Assembly (NCBI RefSeq): GCF_009914755.1
Contig: NC_060928.1
DNA: 64,000 bases
Source of the DNA: the human T2T-CHM13v2.0 reference genome, Homo sapiens
Strand: one strand, 5' to 3'
Shown one piece after another: positions 18,149-32,954 of this stretch. A model generated the notes under the pieces. It saw only the letters and a program-made list of their open reading frames with translations. It made no database searches and had not been told where the DNA came from. The position numbers were made by a program, and so were the translations under genes. Each line of letters begins with the position of its first letter. Position 1 is the stretch's first letter.

Positions 18149-19161
18149 TTACATTTTGGCATGATTTTGCAGTGGCTGGTACCGGTTGTTCCTTTCCATG
18201 TTTAGTTCTTCCTTCAGGAGCTCTTGTAAGGCAGGCCTGGTGGTGACACAATCTCTCAGCATTTGCTTGTCTGTAAAGGATTTTATTTCTCCTTCACTGA
18301 TGAAGCTTAGTTTGGCTGGATATGAAATTCTGGGTTGAAAATTCTTTTCTTTAAGAATGTTGAATATTGGCCCCCACTCTCTTCTGGCTTGTAGGGTGTC
18401 TGCCGAGAGATCCGCTGTTAGTCTGATGGGCTTCCCTTTGAGGGTAACCCGACCTTTCTCTCTGGCTGCCCTTAACATTTTTTCCTTCATTTCAACTTTG
18501 GTGAATCTGACAATTATGTGTCTTGGAGTTGCTCTTCTCGAGGAGTATCTTGGTGGCATTCTCTGTATTTCCTGAATCTGAACGTTGGCCTGCCTTGCTA
18601 GATTGGGGAAGTTCTCCTGGATAATATCCTGCAGAGTGTTTTCCAACTTGGTTCCATTCTCCCCATCACTTTCAGGTACACCAATCAGACGTAGATTTGG
18701 TCTTTTCACATAGTCCCATATTTCTTGGAGGCTTTGCTCGTTTCTTTTTATTCTTTTTTCTCTAAACTTCCCTTCTCGCTTCATTTCATTCATTTCATCT
18801 TCCATTGCTGATACCCTTTTTCCAGTTGATCGCATCGGCTCCTGAGGCTTCTGCATTCTTCACGTAGTTCTCGAGCCTTGGTTTTCAGCTCCATCAGCTC
18901 CTTTAAGCACTCCTCTGTATTGGTTATTCTAGTTATACATTCTTCTACATTTTTTTCAAAGTTTTCAACTTCTTTGCCTTTGGTTTGAATGTCCTCCCAT
19001 AGCTCAGAGTAATTTGATCGTCTGAAGCCTTCTCTCAGCTTGTCAAAGTCATTCTCCATCCAGCTTTGTTCCGTTGCTGGTGAGGAACTGCATTCCTTTG
19101 GAGGAGGAGAGGCGCTCTGCTTTTTAGAGTTTCCAGTTTTTCTGTTCTGTTTTTTCCCCAT
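18149..19161 (-). pseudogene. L1 ORF1p, frameshifted
   Basis: Split into 18790-19161 (MGKKQNRK...) and 18149-18856 (...NHAKM). Confidence 0.93.
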
Positions 19162-19169
19162 CTTTGTGG

Positions 19170-20069
19170 TTTTATCTACTTTTGGTCTTTGATGATGGTG
19201 ATGTACAGATGGGTTTTTGGTGTGGATGTCCTTTCTGTTTATTAGTTTTCCTTCTAACAGACAGGACCCTCAGCTGCAGGTCTGTTGGAATACCCTGCCA
19301 TGTGAGGTGTCAGTGTGCCCCTGCTGGGGGGTGCCTGCCAGTCAGGCTGCTCGGTGGTCAGGGGTCAGGCACCCACTTGAGGAGGCAGTCTGCCAGTTCT
19401 CAGATCTCCAGCTGTGTGCTGGGAGAACCACTGCTCTCTTCAAAGCTGTCAGACAGGGACATTTAAGTCTGCAGAGGTTACTACTGTCTTTTTGTTTGTC
19501 TGTGCCCTGCCCCCAGAGGTGGAGCCTACAGAGGCAGGCAGGCCTCCTTGAGCTGTGGTGGGCTCCGCCCAGTTGGAGCTTCCCGGCTGCTTTGTTTACC
19601 TAATCAAGCCTGGGCAATGGCGGGCGCCCCTCCCCCAGCCTCGCTGCCGCCTTGCAGTTTGATCTCAGACTGCTGTGCTAGCAATCAGCGAGACTCCGTG
19701 GGTGTAGGACCCTCCAAGTCAGGTGCGGGATATAATCTTGTGGTGCACCGTTTTTTAAGCCCGTCGGAAAAGCGCAGTATTTGGGTGGGAGTGACCCGAT
19801 TTTCCAGGTGCCGTCCGTCACCCCTTTCTTTGACTCGGAAAGGGAACTCCCTGACCCCTTGCGCTTCCCAAGTGAGGCAATGCCTCGCCCTGCTTTGGCT
19901 CGCGCACTGTGCGCACACCCACTGACCTGCGCCCACTGTCTGGCACTCCCTAGTGAGATGAACCCGGTACCTCAGATGGAAATGCAGAAATCACCCGTCT
20001 TCTGCGTCGCTCACACTGGGAGCTGTTGACCGGAGCTGTTCCTATTCGGCCATCTTGGCTCCTCCCCCC
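19170..20069. promoter_or_regulatory. L1 5' UTR: CpG-rich sense promoter (- strand) and antisense promoter (+ strand), YY1 site intact
   Basis: cggccatcttgg (YY1) at 20047-20058; many retained CpGs over ~19600-20070. Confidence 0.75.
19617..19925 (+). CDS. L1 ORF0 (antisense-promoter ORF), open for 102 aa: MAGAPPPASLPPCSLISDCCASNQRDSVGVGPSKS...
   Basis: ATG in gcaATGG context; N-terminus matches recalled ORF0; donors cag|gtgcgg (19723) and cag|gtgccg (19808) present. Expression not shown. Confidence 0.6.
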   Translation: MAGAPPPASLPPCSLISDCCASNQRDSVGVGPSKSGAGYNLVVHRFLSPSEKRSIWVGVTRFSRCRPSPLSLTRKGNSLTPCASQVRQCLALLWLAHCAHTH

Positions 20070-21725
20070 GCCTTGGGCATTCTTAAGGATCATGATTTGA
20101 CTGTTAGTAATGCCTAATGTTCATGGAGCACTCACTACGGGCCAGGCATCCTGCTAAACTCTTAGTATAGATTATCTTATTTAATCTACTTAATCCTCAC
20201 AACAGCCCAATGAATAAACCATTATTATTATCTACATTCTACACAACTGAGGCAGAGAGAAGGTAAGTCACTTATCACTAACAGGTAACTCCAGCAGCAC
20301 CAGTGGTCTTCCTGTTTCCCAGGGCACAATGTCAGTTCCTTTGTAAGGACCAAATAATCTAAGGGACATGTTCTCAAATTCCCAAATGCACCATTCCACT
20401 ATGTGGCACTGAGTATGTAGTTTGTGCTGAACGAAATGTTGAGACGAACCTTACTTCAAACAGGAATTCAGCAGACCTGTAAGGTGCATCTCAGCTTTGC
20501 ATTTCCTGGCTGTGTGACCTCTTCATACTGCTGGCCCTCTCTGAACCTCCCCTGTAAAACATGTCCCCGGAGGCTGTTGTGAAGAGGAAAGGAGAGCCCG
20601 TGGGTGAAAGTGCACTTAGAAAATGTGAAGCAAATGGAGAATATCGCCAGGGGGCAGCTAGAATGTGGCTGCTGGTCAGATTCAAGTGTGTAGCTGCCCA
20701 GCCAGCGCCCCCAGGTCAACTCATCCTGGATCTTGTTTCCATGCCGAGTGAATGCCCATCTAGAAACTGAGTTGAGACAGCTTTAATCACAACAGTATGT
20801 GGCTCCCCGGGGCAGATTTCGGCTGCTCTGACAACTGTAAAATGGACTTATGCCTGCAAATTAATTTACTAGAAATAATGAACATTTCACAAAATGTTCC
20901 TGGAAGCCCACATAGACAATTAGACCCTACAATGCACTCCGGGCCTAGTGAGGTGGAGGTGAGGCACTGAGATAACCCACCACTCAGCCCCTTGGAGAGT
21001 GATCAGAGACAAGGACCCCAGGACAAATGCAGCACCCTGAAGAATAAGGGTCCACCACTCTTGGGCCTCCATCCCCTTCGCTGTATTTTTTCTATTAAGG
21101 TGAAATTCACATAAGATAAAATTAGCCATTTTAAAGTGAACAATTCAGTAGCATTCAGTACATTCACAATGTTTTATGAGCACCGCCTCTGTCTAGTTCC
21201 AACCCATTTGTTTTCAGCAACCCCAAAGGAAAACCGGTACCCATGAAGGAGGTGCACCCACCCTCCCTTCCCCACCCACAGCCCCTAGCAACTTCCAATC
21301 TGCTTTCTGTCTTGTGGATTTACTCATTGTGGGTATTTCATGTTAGATGTCACCTATGCTAAAATATAGTTGTCCCTGAGATAGGCCCCAGGCACAGAGA
21401 GCTCTAAGTGTCCATTTCTCAAGGTTCTCAACCCCCTGGGGGTTCTGTTCCTCTTCCTCACTCTGGGTTTACCCCACCCGTTCTCCCAGCAAACATGCTC
21501 CACCAATCCACCCCCTCCAGGGGCATGTCTTCCCTTTCGCCAAGTGGACGGCCCTTCCATGCCCCCTCAGGGCATCCCATCTGCATTCCACCCGGTAGTG
21601 TCACGCCAGTGCTTCCTGTGATGCCTGTAACTTGTTCTCAGACAGCTCATGGCTTACTGAGGGTACAAACCACATGGCATAGTGAAAAAAGTACAGGTTT
21701 TACTGTCCAAGAAAGCTAGATTTCT

Positions 21726-22022
21726 GACCGGATGCGATGGCTCACGCCTGTAATCCCAGCACTTTGGGAGGCTGAGGCGGGCAGATCACCTGAGGCCAAG
21801 AGTTCGAGACCAGCCTGGCCAACAAGGTGAAACCCCATCCCTACTAAAAATATCACAATTAGCCAGGCATGGTGGCAGGTGCCTGTAATCTCAGCTGCTC
21901 GGCAGGCTGAGGAAGGAGAATCGCTTGAACTAAGGCACAGAGGAGCCGACATTGCGCCATTATGTGCCAGCCTGGGCAGCAGAGCAAAACTCTATCTCAA
22001 AAAAAAACAAAAAAAAAAAAAA
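21726..22022 (+). mobile_element. Alu ending ~90 bp before the APE exon
   Basis: Alu body and A-tail; TSD-like aagctagatttct / aagctcaatttct. Confidence 0.92.
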
Positions 22023-22071
22023 CAAGCTCAATTTCTCTCCTTGTCCCCTCTCTAAGGGGTGGTGGCCATAA

Positions 22072-22473
<402 letters not shown>

Positions 22474-22787
22474 TGACAAGTCAAACATCAAAGCGCCTTG
22501 GCCTCGTGGTTTCAAACACTGTCCTCTTTGAACCCACAACACAAGGTCTTCATGTCTGATTTTCTAGCTGATTGGAAAATCTTTAAAGGTGAAGACCATG
22601 CTTCTTTTTTCTCTTTGTTTCACATCTTCCCTGAATATCTAACTCAGTGTCCTATAAAAATGGGACATTCAATCAATACGTATTTGTATTTTATTGCATT
22701 TAAATTTACAAGCTGAAGATGATTAATGGGGCTATTTGGTGGCTGTAATAACACATTTTTTTGTTTGAGCAGAAAGTATTATGTCTA

Positions 22788-23097
<310 letters not shown>

Positions 23098-24501
23098 CTA
23101 AAATTCATTTTGAGGTGTTATTTCTTTGCACAAGTATCATTTGAAAAGGATGTCACTTCACCATGTCTCAGGACCATGGTTTCCTCATTGTTATAACGGG
23201 GATAATAAGATCCTTTCTGTCTATTTAGCGGAGCTGGAGTTTTAGGATTCCTGTGTTCCTGGACTGTGGGAGACATGGTTTGCCTGAGACTCATCTCCAT
23301 AGCACCAGTGCCCAGCACAGAGCTGACAGAAGCAAAGAGCCAGATTCTCCCACAGGCTACAGTTTTAATGTTGTTTCAGTCATTTACATACATGCATATT
23401 CATGCCCATAGGAGGTGCCTTCCTTGAGGGCATGATGGTGTCTTATTCACTGTGGGTGTCCCATTGCATGGTTGTAATGGGTGTTGACTGAATGTTTGTT
23501 AAATGAATGAGTGATGAGAGCAGTTTGTACACCATGAACGCTGTGAGTGCAAATAAGTATTATTTGTCACCCTGTAGTTAAGCAACAATTTTCTGCTCTT
23601 GATCTCAGTTATTTCCCCTGAATTCCTCAAAAACATAATTATTATACATTGCATTCTTAGAATTCAAAGAAAATATGAGCTTGTTCACTGAATGAAAAGA
23701 ATTAATGTCCCGCAGATTTACCTGTGAGCTGCTGCGGGGCTGCATAAGACAGGTGCCTGTGTGGTGTTCCTGCTCGGTTCGTTTCCTGTTAGCTGTTTCC
23801 TTTGATATATATACTCAGAGGAGGAATATGAGGGTCCACGATGTCGTAGGAACCAGAACACACCGGCATCCGCCAGAGGCTGTTAATCTTATGTAATCAA
23901 TCACAGCAATGACCTTGGCGAGCATTTGCCCTAAACGTGACTGGGCTCCTGCCAACAGAAAAGATATTGGCAGTCATTCCTCATGGGTCAGTGCAATCAA
24001 AGATGATAGCTTGGCAAAAAGCCTCAAGGATGGAGTGGTCCTTGCTGATTCACAAATAAACTATTTTATTTTATTTTTTAATTCTTCTGAGTTTTCTGCT
24101 GAAAGATCCAGATGCTATTTTCAAGGATGGTGCTTCTTGGAAGAGGAAGAAGCAAATGATGGGGGATCCAGGCCTTTGGCATGGAGACAAAGTAATGGAA
24201 TGAAAGAACACCACCTGTTACGTACTACTGTAAATCTTTCTCCCAGATATATTTGACTGGCTGCTTCTTTGACCCAAAGGACAACAGGTTTATGCAAATA
24301 ATTTATTCTCTGTTTTTCATACTGGAAACCGTTGATTTAGTCAAAAAGCTGTGCTGAAAAACACTCATATTTATCCATGGACTACGTAAATTTAGGAGTT
24401 ATCCCCCCTCTTGCAATTCCTCAGTGATGTCAATGACAACATCCTTGGGTAGGATCCAGGGAGCTCCTTTCGTCCAAAAGAGGAAAGAAAGTCATAGTGG
24501 A

Positions 24502-24831
<330 letters not shown>

Positions 24832-24998
24832 TTAAAGTTGGAATGCATTGAAAATAATGGGTGGAAAATTGATATTAATATGGCTTGTTAGCCAGGGACC
24901 CAGGAAAACAGCTGTTTCTCCTCATGAGGAGCCAAGCATGCTTTATGGACAGCAGAGGGACCAAGTCCTGTTGGCAGGTTTGAGACCACAGTGCAGAC

Positions 24999-25526
24999 CA
25001 GGGTTCTCCAACCCCTGGGGCTGGGTACTGGCCTGTGGCCTGTTAGGAACTGGCCGCACAGCAGAGCAGGGGGTGAAGGTGAATGGCAAGTGAGCCAGGG
25101 AAGCTTCCTCTGTATTTAGAGCTGCTCCCCGTCACTCACATCACCACCTGAGCTCCACCTCCTGTCAGGTCAGCAGTAGCATTAGACTCTCATGGGAGTG
25201 CAAACCCTCTTGTGAACTGTGCATGCGAGGGACCTAGGGTGCGTGCACCTTATGAGAATCTAATGCCTGATGATCTGTCACTGTCTCCCATCACCCCCAG
25301 ATGCGACTGCCTAGTTGTAGGAAAACCAGCTCAGGGCTCCCACTGATTCTACATTATGGTGAGTTGTATAATTATTTAATTATATATTACAATATCATAA
25401 TAATAAAGTGTAGAATAAATGTAATGCACTTGGATCACCCTGAAACCATCCCCGCAACCCTAGTCCATGGAAAAAAATGTCTTCCACAAAACCAGTCCCT
25501 GGTGCCAAAAATATTGGGAATCACTG
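24999..25526 (+). mobile_element. MER1A-like hAT-Charlie DNA transposon
   Basis: cagggttctccaacc...gggaatcactg ends, ~528 bp, 8-bp TSD-like gtgcagac/atgcagag. Confidence 0.8.
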
Positions 25527-26241
25527 ATGCAGAGAACCCTGTGCTTTTGGTTGGAGCTTGTAGGCTAGACAAGAGACCTAAGTAGGATCCAACTTCTCTC
25601 TGAGCCAAACTAGAATCTTAGTTCTTACCCTGGCAGGCATGCTGATTGAAAGAAAAAGGCCCAAGTAGGGGCCACTCCCCAGAATTCCTTTTGGTGCCCC
25701 AGTCACCCTGGCACTCTGACTACTGCCTCTCCAGAGAACACTATGGAAAGAGATATGAGGAGATCTCCCTTCCCCTGACCATATCCACAGAGAAGAGATG
25801 GACAGATCTTTAGCCACCCATTGTCCCAACAAACCTCAAAGTCTCTCTGACAGGTGAGCACCCATCTGTTCATTGATTATCCTCAGGATCCAGGGAGCGT
25901 TGTACCTCCAGAAAGAATCTTTTTCACTCTTGGACAGCTGTAATGGCTAGAAATTATTTTCCCCTTACTCAGTCGAAAGCTGCTTCCTTATAATAGAGAA
26001 AAATAACCTTTAGAGGAATCTCACAGGTTCAAACCCTGGCTCTAACCAGGTACCCCATCTGGGATCCTAAGCAAGGCTTTTAAACAGACTGAATATTCAG
26101 AATCCGTTTGTATTAACAAGAAGAAATTAGTAATTATATCTACCCAATAGGATTGCTTTGAGAATTAAATGATTCTGATTATGTTAATTACCCAGCTCCA
26201 AGACTGATGAATGGCTGGCACTCAGGAAACATCCCCCTATT

Positions 26242-27569
26242 ACTTCTACCCTGGGAGGAACTGCTGGAAAGCCTGTGTCCTTCCCAATTTAGCATCTTCA
26301 AGCACTAGAGGCAGGCACTGAGAGCAGAGGCTGGATCACACCTGCTTGCTGACCATTAGCAAGTAAGGCCAATGGGCTTCATGAGCAGAGATGGGTTCCC
26401 ATCCACACTCTGTGCTTCTTGGTGTTGTGATTTGGGCTAAGTCACTTAACCTCATCTGAGCCCTGGCTTCCTCATTCACAAAAGAAGGTTTATCAGGCCC
26501 ACCTGCAGGGTCATGTGAGATTACATGAGAAAATGTAATCAGGGCATAGGCGGTGTCTGGCACACAGGAGATGTGCGGATTATTGTGCAAATAAGTAAAT
26601 ACACACACAACGATGATTCCACAAGACAGGTAGATGCAGGTAAAGCTCTGCTGACTTAGGTTTAGAGGAGCAGGGGAGAATTTCAGGGGGAGAAGACATT
26701 GAAGTTCGGTCACATATGAATGGCTGGAAGGAATAATGTGAGCGCAGGTAGAGAAGTGGAAGCTAGGGCTGATTCAACAAACATTTTGGCCTACCCACCT
26801 GTCAGAAGGATAGTGAGGGGACAGTCTATAAAGGACCTGAGGCCAGCTGGAGGCATTTGGCTTTACTCTGTAGGTAATGTGGTACTATCCATGGTACCTA
26901 AGCAGAGAAGTGACAGCACAGTGGTCATATTATACATAGAACCACATATGTCTGGGTTCAAATCCTGACTTTGCCACCTAGACTCTCAATGGTCTTCAGT
27001 GAGCCTGTTTCTTATCTATAAAATGGGGAGAACAGTAGTACAGGCCCGTGGTACAGGTTTCTCCACCTCGGCACTATGGACATTTGAGGCCAGATGATTT
27101 TTTGTGGTGCGGGACTGTCCTGTGCATTGTTAGGATGTCCAGCAATATCACTGGCCTCCACCCATCAGATGCCAGCAGAACTCCCCACCCAGTTATGACA
27201 ATCCAAAATGACTCCAAACATTGCCACATATCCCCTGGGGGACAGTTGTCCCTGATTGAGAACCACTGCCATAGAACAACCAGGAGGACTAAGTGGGATC
27301 CTGCAGGTGAGGCCATTAGCACAATGCATTGCACCCCCATGGAGTGGGATTTCAAGGAACCCTCGCCCCTTTCACATCACCTAGGACTTCTACCCTGGGA
27401 GGACCTGCTTGAAAGCCTGCATCCTTCCCACTTTAGCACCCTTCAACCACTAGAGACAGGCACGGAGAGCAGAGGCTGGATCATACCTGTTTGCTGACCA
27501 TTAGCATGTAAGGCCTATGGGCTTCATGAGCAGAGATGTGTTCCCATCCACATTCTGTGCTTCTTGGTG
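26242..27569. repeat. Direct repeat pair ~184 bp (26242-26424 and 27386-27569)
   Basis: Manual alignment gives about 16 differences (~91% identity). Confidence 0.92.
27054..27268 (+). mobile_element. MER20 DNA transposon
   Basis: tttctccacctcggcactatggacatttg...gagaaccactg; similar copies at ~38100-38305 and ~48287-48490. Confidence 0.8.
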
Positions 27570-29061
27570 CCCACTCCATGGGGACATGAGGACTTTACCC
27601 TCTTTGCTCACCCATCAACCACCTCCCTGACCTGGTGTTAGCCTTGCCTTTGACCCCAGTCAGCACTTCTCCTTAGGAATGGGTAGACAGAGAAGGTTGA
27701 GGGTACAGAGAGGCCAGCGAGTGGAGGGAGGTTGCCCAGAGCTCCGCCGAGAGGTGAGAGAGCGGCACTGAGTACCGCTGGATGTACAAGGCGTGGGTGG
27801 GCTGAACCTGGAGAAACAGGACCAGGTAACCTCACCAAGGGAGCCAGTAGAGCACTGTGCCAGGAGTCACAAGCCTGGGAGGTAATGGAGTCTGTGATCT
27901 CCATTCAAAGGAGGAGGAAGGACCTTTGTGAATTGTTCAGTGTTTTCAAGCTGTGCTTCCCAGACTCTAGGACCCTGCAGAGATGATTCAACGGTTCCAG
28001 GGGCAGGGAAAGTGTTTCTCTGGGGTTTGGAGGTTTAAATTGCCTAAGGAACTGTTTTTCACTTTCATCTGTTCTGTGTTTGGGATTTTGAGTAAAAAGA
28101 TTTTGGGAAAAAAAAATTGGATTAGATGGTCTCCAAGGCCCAGCTCAACTTTAACAGTGAAAATGACAGACATCCGGCAATTCTTTTCCTCTGTCTTCTA
28201 TTTTTTGGTAAATTGGCAAAATTTTTTTTAGAAACCGAGTTTCCTGGAATAGAGACATATCCACACTCCATAATAAGTATATCCAATGTCCCACTGCTAA
28301 AATTGCTTTTACCAGCAGTACATGGAATTACTTTACCTTATAAATACCACCTGGTATTCTGACACAGCATATCCTAAGGCCAGCGAGTGAGAGAACTCAG
28401 CATCAGTACAAGCAGACAGGATATTGATCTTAATATTTGCCAGTCATCTTATAAAAGAACCTACGTTTCTCTACAACCACTCAAACAGATGACGGCTGAA
28501 CCTGGTGCCTAAAGCTGTGGAACTTGTTTTAGTCATCATGTTCTGAACTCATTTCTAAATGTATTTCCTGCACTGGCTTCCTAGTGCATTGGAGTTATTA
28601 TTATCATCATTGTTTTTGTAATTGGTCCGGTTGCCTCCAGAAGGAGAGAGAATTACAGAGATTAGGGAGAGAGAGAGAGAGAGAGTAGCTCATGTGGAGG
28701 TCCAGTGGAATAGCAGAATTGATGAGCACCTTGAATGACCAATAAGGAAACAGGGAATGAAATGTAAATGATAAGAAAACATTTACATTTGTTTCTGGCT
28801 GGTGTTCAAGTTGGGTGCTTGGATTCTGGGTCTCTGGTGGCAATGCAGAAAGACCAGGGGATGAGAATCGGGGACATTGGGAAAGTCTCTTTTCATCTCC
28901 CAGCCTCAGTTTCCTGACGTTTGAAATGAGGGATGAAGTGCCCCATCATTGTCCAGGGTCTTTGCACCTCCTTTTCAGGGTAGGGGTGGGACTGTTTTGG
29001 GCAGAACTGTTTATTGAAAAGCAAAAAAGACAGGAAGGAGCAATTATAAATAGTCCAAAAC

Positions 29062-29370
<309 letters not shown>

Positions 29371-29664
29371 TCAGCCCCAGCTCATCTCCCAGTGGTAGCC
29401 CTGAGCTCTGGGTCTCCTGTCCCTGCCCCTGTGGAAATTATAGAGAACTGCCCTTCCGCAAACATGCCCAGCAGCCCCATAGATTCCCTCCCCAGCACTC
29501 ATTCCACCCCCGACCTCTCTTTATTGCCCATCTCTCTCCAAGACAGTGAGCTCAGTGCAGGAGGGACCATGTCTGTCCCGCTCATGCCGGGCCCCATCTA
29601 CAGAGGTCACCAGTTCATCACAGGAGCAGAGTCAAAGTCAGCCACCTCCTGGAGTGAGAGCTCT

Positions 29665-30065
29665 GTAGGGCTGCTGTTCATTACCTGTGATGGCCGTAAC
29701 TAAGATCCACACACTGGGTGGCTTAAACAGAAATTATTCTCTCACAGTTCTGAAGGCCAGAAGTCTGAGATGAAGTGGTTGGCAGGGCTTGTTCCTCCTG
29801 AGGCTGAGGGAAGGACCTATTCCAGGCCTCTCTGCTTGGCTTGTGGATGGCTGTCTTGTTCACATCGTCTTTCCTCTATGTGTCTTTCTGTGCCATAAAG
29901 TCCCCCTTTTATACGGACTCAGGTCACGTAGAATTAGGACCAACTCTAATGACTCGATTGGATTACTTCTAGAAAGAGCCTATGTCCAAATAAGGTCACA
30001 TTCTGAGGTCCTGGGGGCTAGGACTTTAGCATATGAATTTGGGGGACACAATTTCCCCTGTAGCA
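29665..30065 (-). mobile_element. MLT1-type MaLR LTR
   Basis: ggtggcttaaacagaaattattctctcacagttctg...ttgggggacacaatt; boundaries approximate. Confidence 0.75.
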
Positions 30066-32246
30066 GCAGTGGTCAGAGGTGAGCCTTGGCAATTCACACT
30101 GCCTGGCCTTTCACCTCAGTGCCCAGCTCCAGGATATAGTGCCTCGGTTTTGTCTTCTGTGAAATGGTCATGTTAACAGTCACCAGCTCATAAAGATTCT
30201 ATGAGCTTTGTGTCACGTAAGGGGCATTTTCAGTTAAGATCGGCTCTCATCATTCTAACTATGGTAGTTGTTTCTGGTGAAGTGCGAAGGGATCTCACAC
30301 ACGCAATGATGGGCAGAAAATGCTCGTTCATGGAAGTAACTTTCCCATTAGATTAAAAAAAATTGAAGAAAGATTTTTTAAGTGTTAGTGTATCAAGTTA
30401 ACTAGACTTTCTAGAGAGCCCACGGGTTTTGGTTTTGCTCTGCCTATTATACGGTGAAATGGACAGGTCCTCACTCAATTAACAGATAAGAGAGAAGGTG
30501 CCACTCAGGAAAAAAAGCTCCCTTCTGGGTGTGCACATCTGAGGGGGCAGAGGCGCACCCCTGAGGGCCAACATCTTCTCCAGGGCCTCCTGTTTGGTAA
30601 AGATAAAGGTGTCCCTTCACTCCAGGGAACTGTAGCCCTACCAAGGATCGGGACCCCTCGCCCCTTTGGGCGGGCGCCTTCTGTCTGCAGCAGCCCTGTG
30701 GGAATTGCCGTTCCATGAGGTGGGAGCCAGGACCTTAAGTGCCGCAGTGTTACCCACACAACATGTAGGCTCGATCACGTGGTGGTGACAGTCCAGTGAC
30801 CACAACCTGGGAGGGTGGCCAGTAAGGTCAGTGCAAGCGGATCATGCTTCTACATATGCCGCATGCATAGGAAATCAGCTCCTCCCCTGGCGGGGTTTTC
30901 AGCATGGAGATAAGGGGAGTTCGTTCCCAACTCTGGCATCTCCAGATCCTACTGGTTTGCAGGGCTGGGCTTCTTGGAACTTTTCCGAAGCAAGAACTCA
31001 AGGTGCAACCAGTACAAGTGAGTGTTTTTTCACAGTGTGTACCTGGAAACCCCAAACCCAGGGACCAAGGTGGCAGTGGGATCCCAGTATGGCGTCTGAC
31101 TCAGGGTCAGCGTTCGTTCAGCACCTGCGGAGGGACTGAGACGTTCACTGTCACCATGCTCTGGGACCCTGCTCGATGACAGACACTACTGGGGCCCCGA
31201 GAACACAGAAATGAGCGTGGTCAAATTCCCCCTTTGAGCAGCCCACAGCTTCGTGGAGGAGACAGACAGCACTAATTTTACTGGCACATATTAATGGCAG
31301 TCAACTTCATATGGGTTAATCACGAATTCATCGCTCAGATTTCTCCAGGATCAGTTTGTTGTACCACCACACGTGCCAGGGAAACTGTTGTTTTTGTCAT
31401 CCCAAGACATGTGGCCATGATACCAACCTGAAAACATCTTGGACCGCAGTTCAGCTGGAGAGGCTCTGGGAGATAATGTTCATGGGAGTTGGGGCAGGGG
31501 GAGCGGGGACCGGGAGTGCACTGCTGCTCAGAAGCACTCCAAGCCTTGTCCCCAGGGTCACAGTCAAGAAAATCTTCCCAAGCTTTGAGAGGGGCTTAGA
31601 AGCAAGAAACTGCACATGGCAATGTTGAGAAAACATGGTCAGGAGGCTTCATTTTCTACCAAGTTCAGAAACTGGGGGAGAGCAGAGCTTACACATCCTC
31701 ACTGTAGGGAGGGGAGGACAGGTGAGAAGTCAGGGGACGAGGCTGGAGTCCTCCCATCCCTCAGCCCAACCACACCCAGACACTGGCCATCTCAGCTCTG
31801 TCCACCCCATGGGCCAGTTCGGCCCGGACAGGGAAAGTGGCGGCCAAGGCCCAGCAAGTGGGGGCTATGACTGGAGGTGTCCGTGGGTGCCTGGTGGACG
31901 GCAAGAGTCAGCCCGCAAGCCTGTGACTGGAGCAGGGACTCTGGTGTTAAGCTGCTGACAGTGAGTCCTGCCTCTGGCATTTGTGGGCTGTGTGACCTCG
32001 GTGAGCCACCCCTAACATGCTGTGGCCACAGCAGCAGCACCCACCTGCCAGGTCCTGCACTGCCCCCTGGGCCTGGTTACTGTTGGCACTTGGGTTCGGG
32101 CCACCTGCTCTGCCGTGAAAGAGAAGCACCCACTGTTACTTGAAGAGGAAGAATAAACCATCCCTCATAATCATACAATCTTAAAATGCGGACGGTGCCT
32201 TCCAATGGCTCTCTCTCTGATTCTGGCTGTTGTTCTTTGATTGCAG

Positions 32247-32363
32247 AGGCCGTACGAAATCCACTCGGTCACGCCCATCGATGAAATCCTCAACATGTTC
32301 AAGGTGGAGCGTGTCCACTACTCCTCCACGTGGTGCAAGGGGATGGTGGCCCTGCTGAGGAAG
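32247..32363 (+). CDS. STK32B: STK32B coding exon (likely exon 8): [39 protein letters not shown]
   Basis: tttgattgcag|AGG ... AAG|gtaagg; 117 bp, phase 0-0, continues the previous exon in frame. Confidence 0.95.
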
Positions 32364-32620
32364 GTAAGGGGGCAGCTTCCAGCCTGCCCCGCCAGGGAGC
32401 TACGGTGAGTGTAGAAACAGCCATATCAGCAAACGAAGGGGTGAGAATACAAATGGCATACTCGGGGTAGAGATGATCAAATCAGCTGCGCTCAAATGCC
32501 AAATGCCGTGGAATAAACGCTGTTATGGGGGTGCGTGCAGATCAGCACACCTCGGAGGACTGTGGCGGCTCTGACCGCAAGCCCCTAGGCTCTTGTCACT
32601 CTGCTACGAGCTCCTAATAA

Positions 32621-32954
<334 letters not shown>

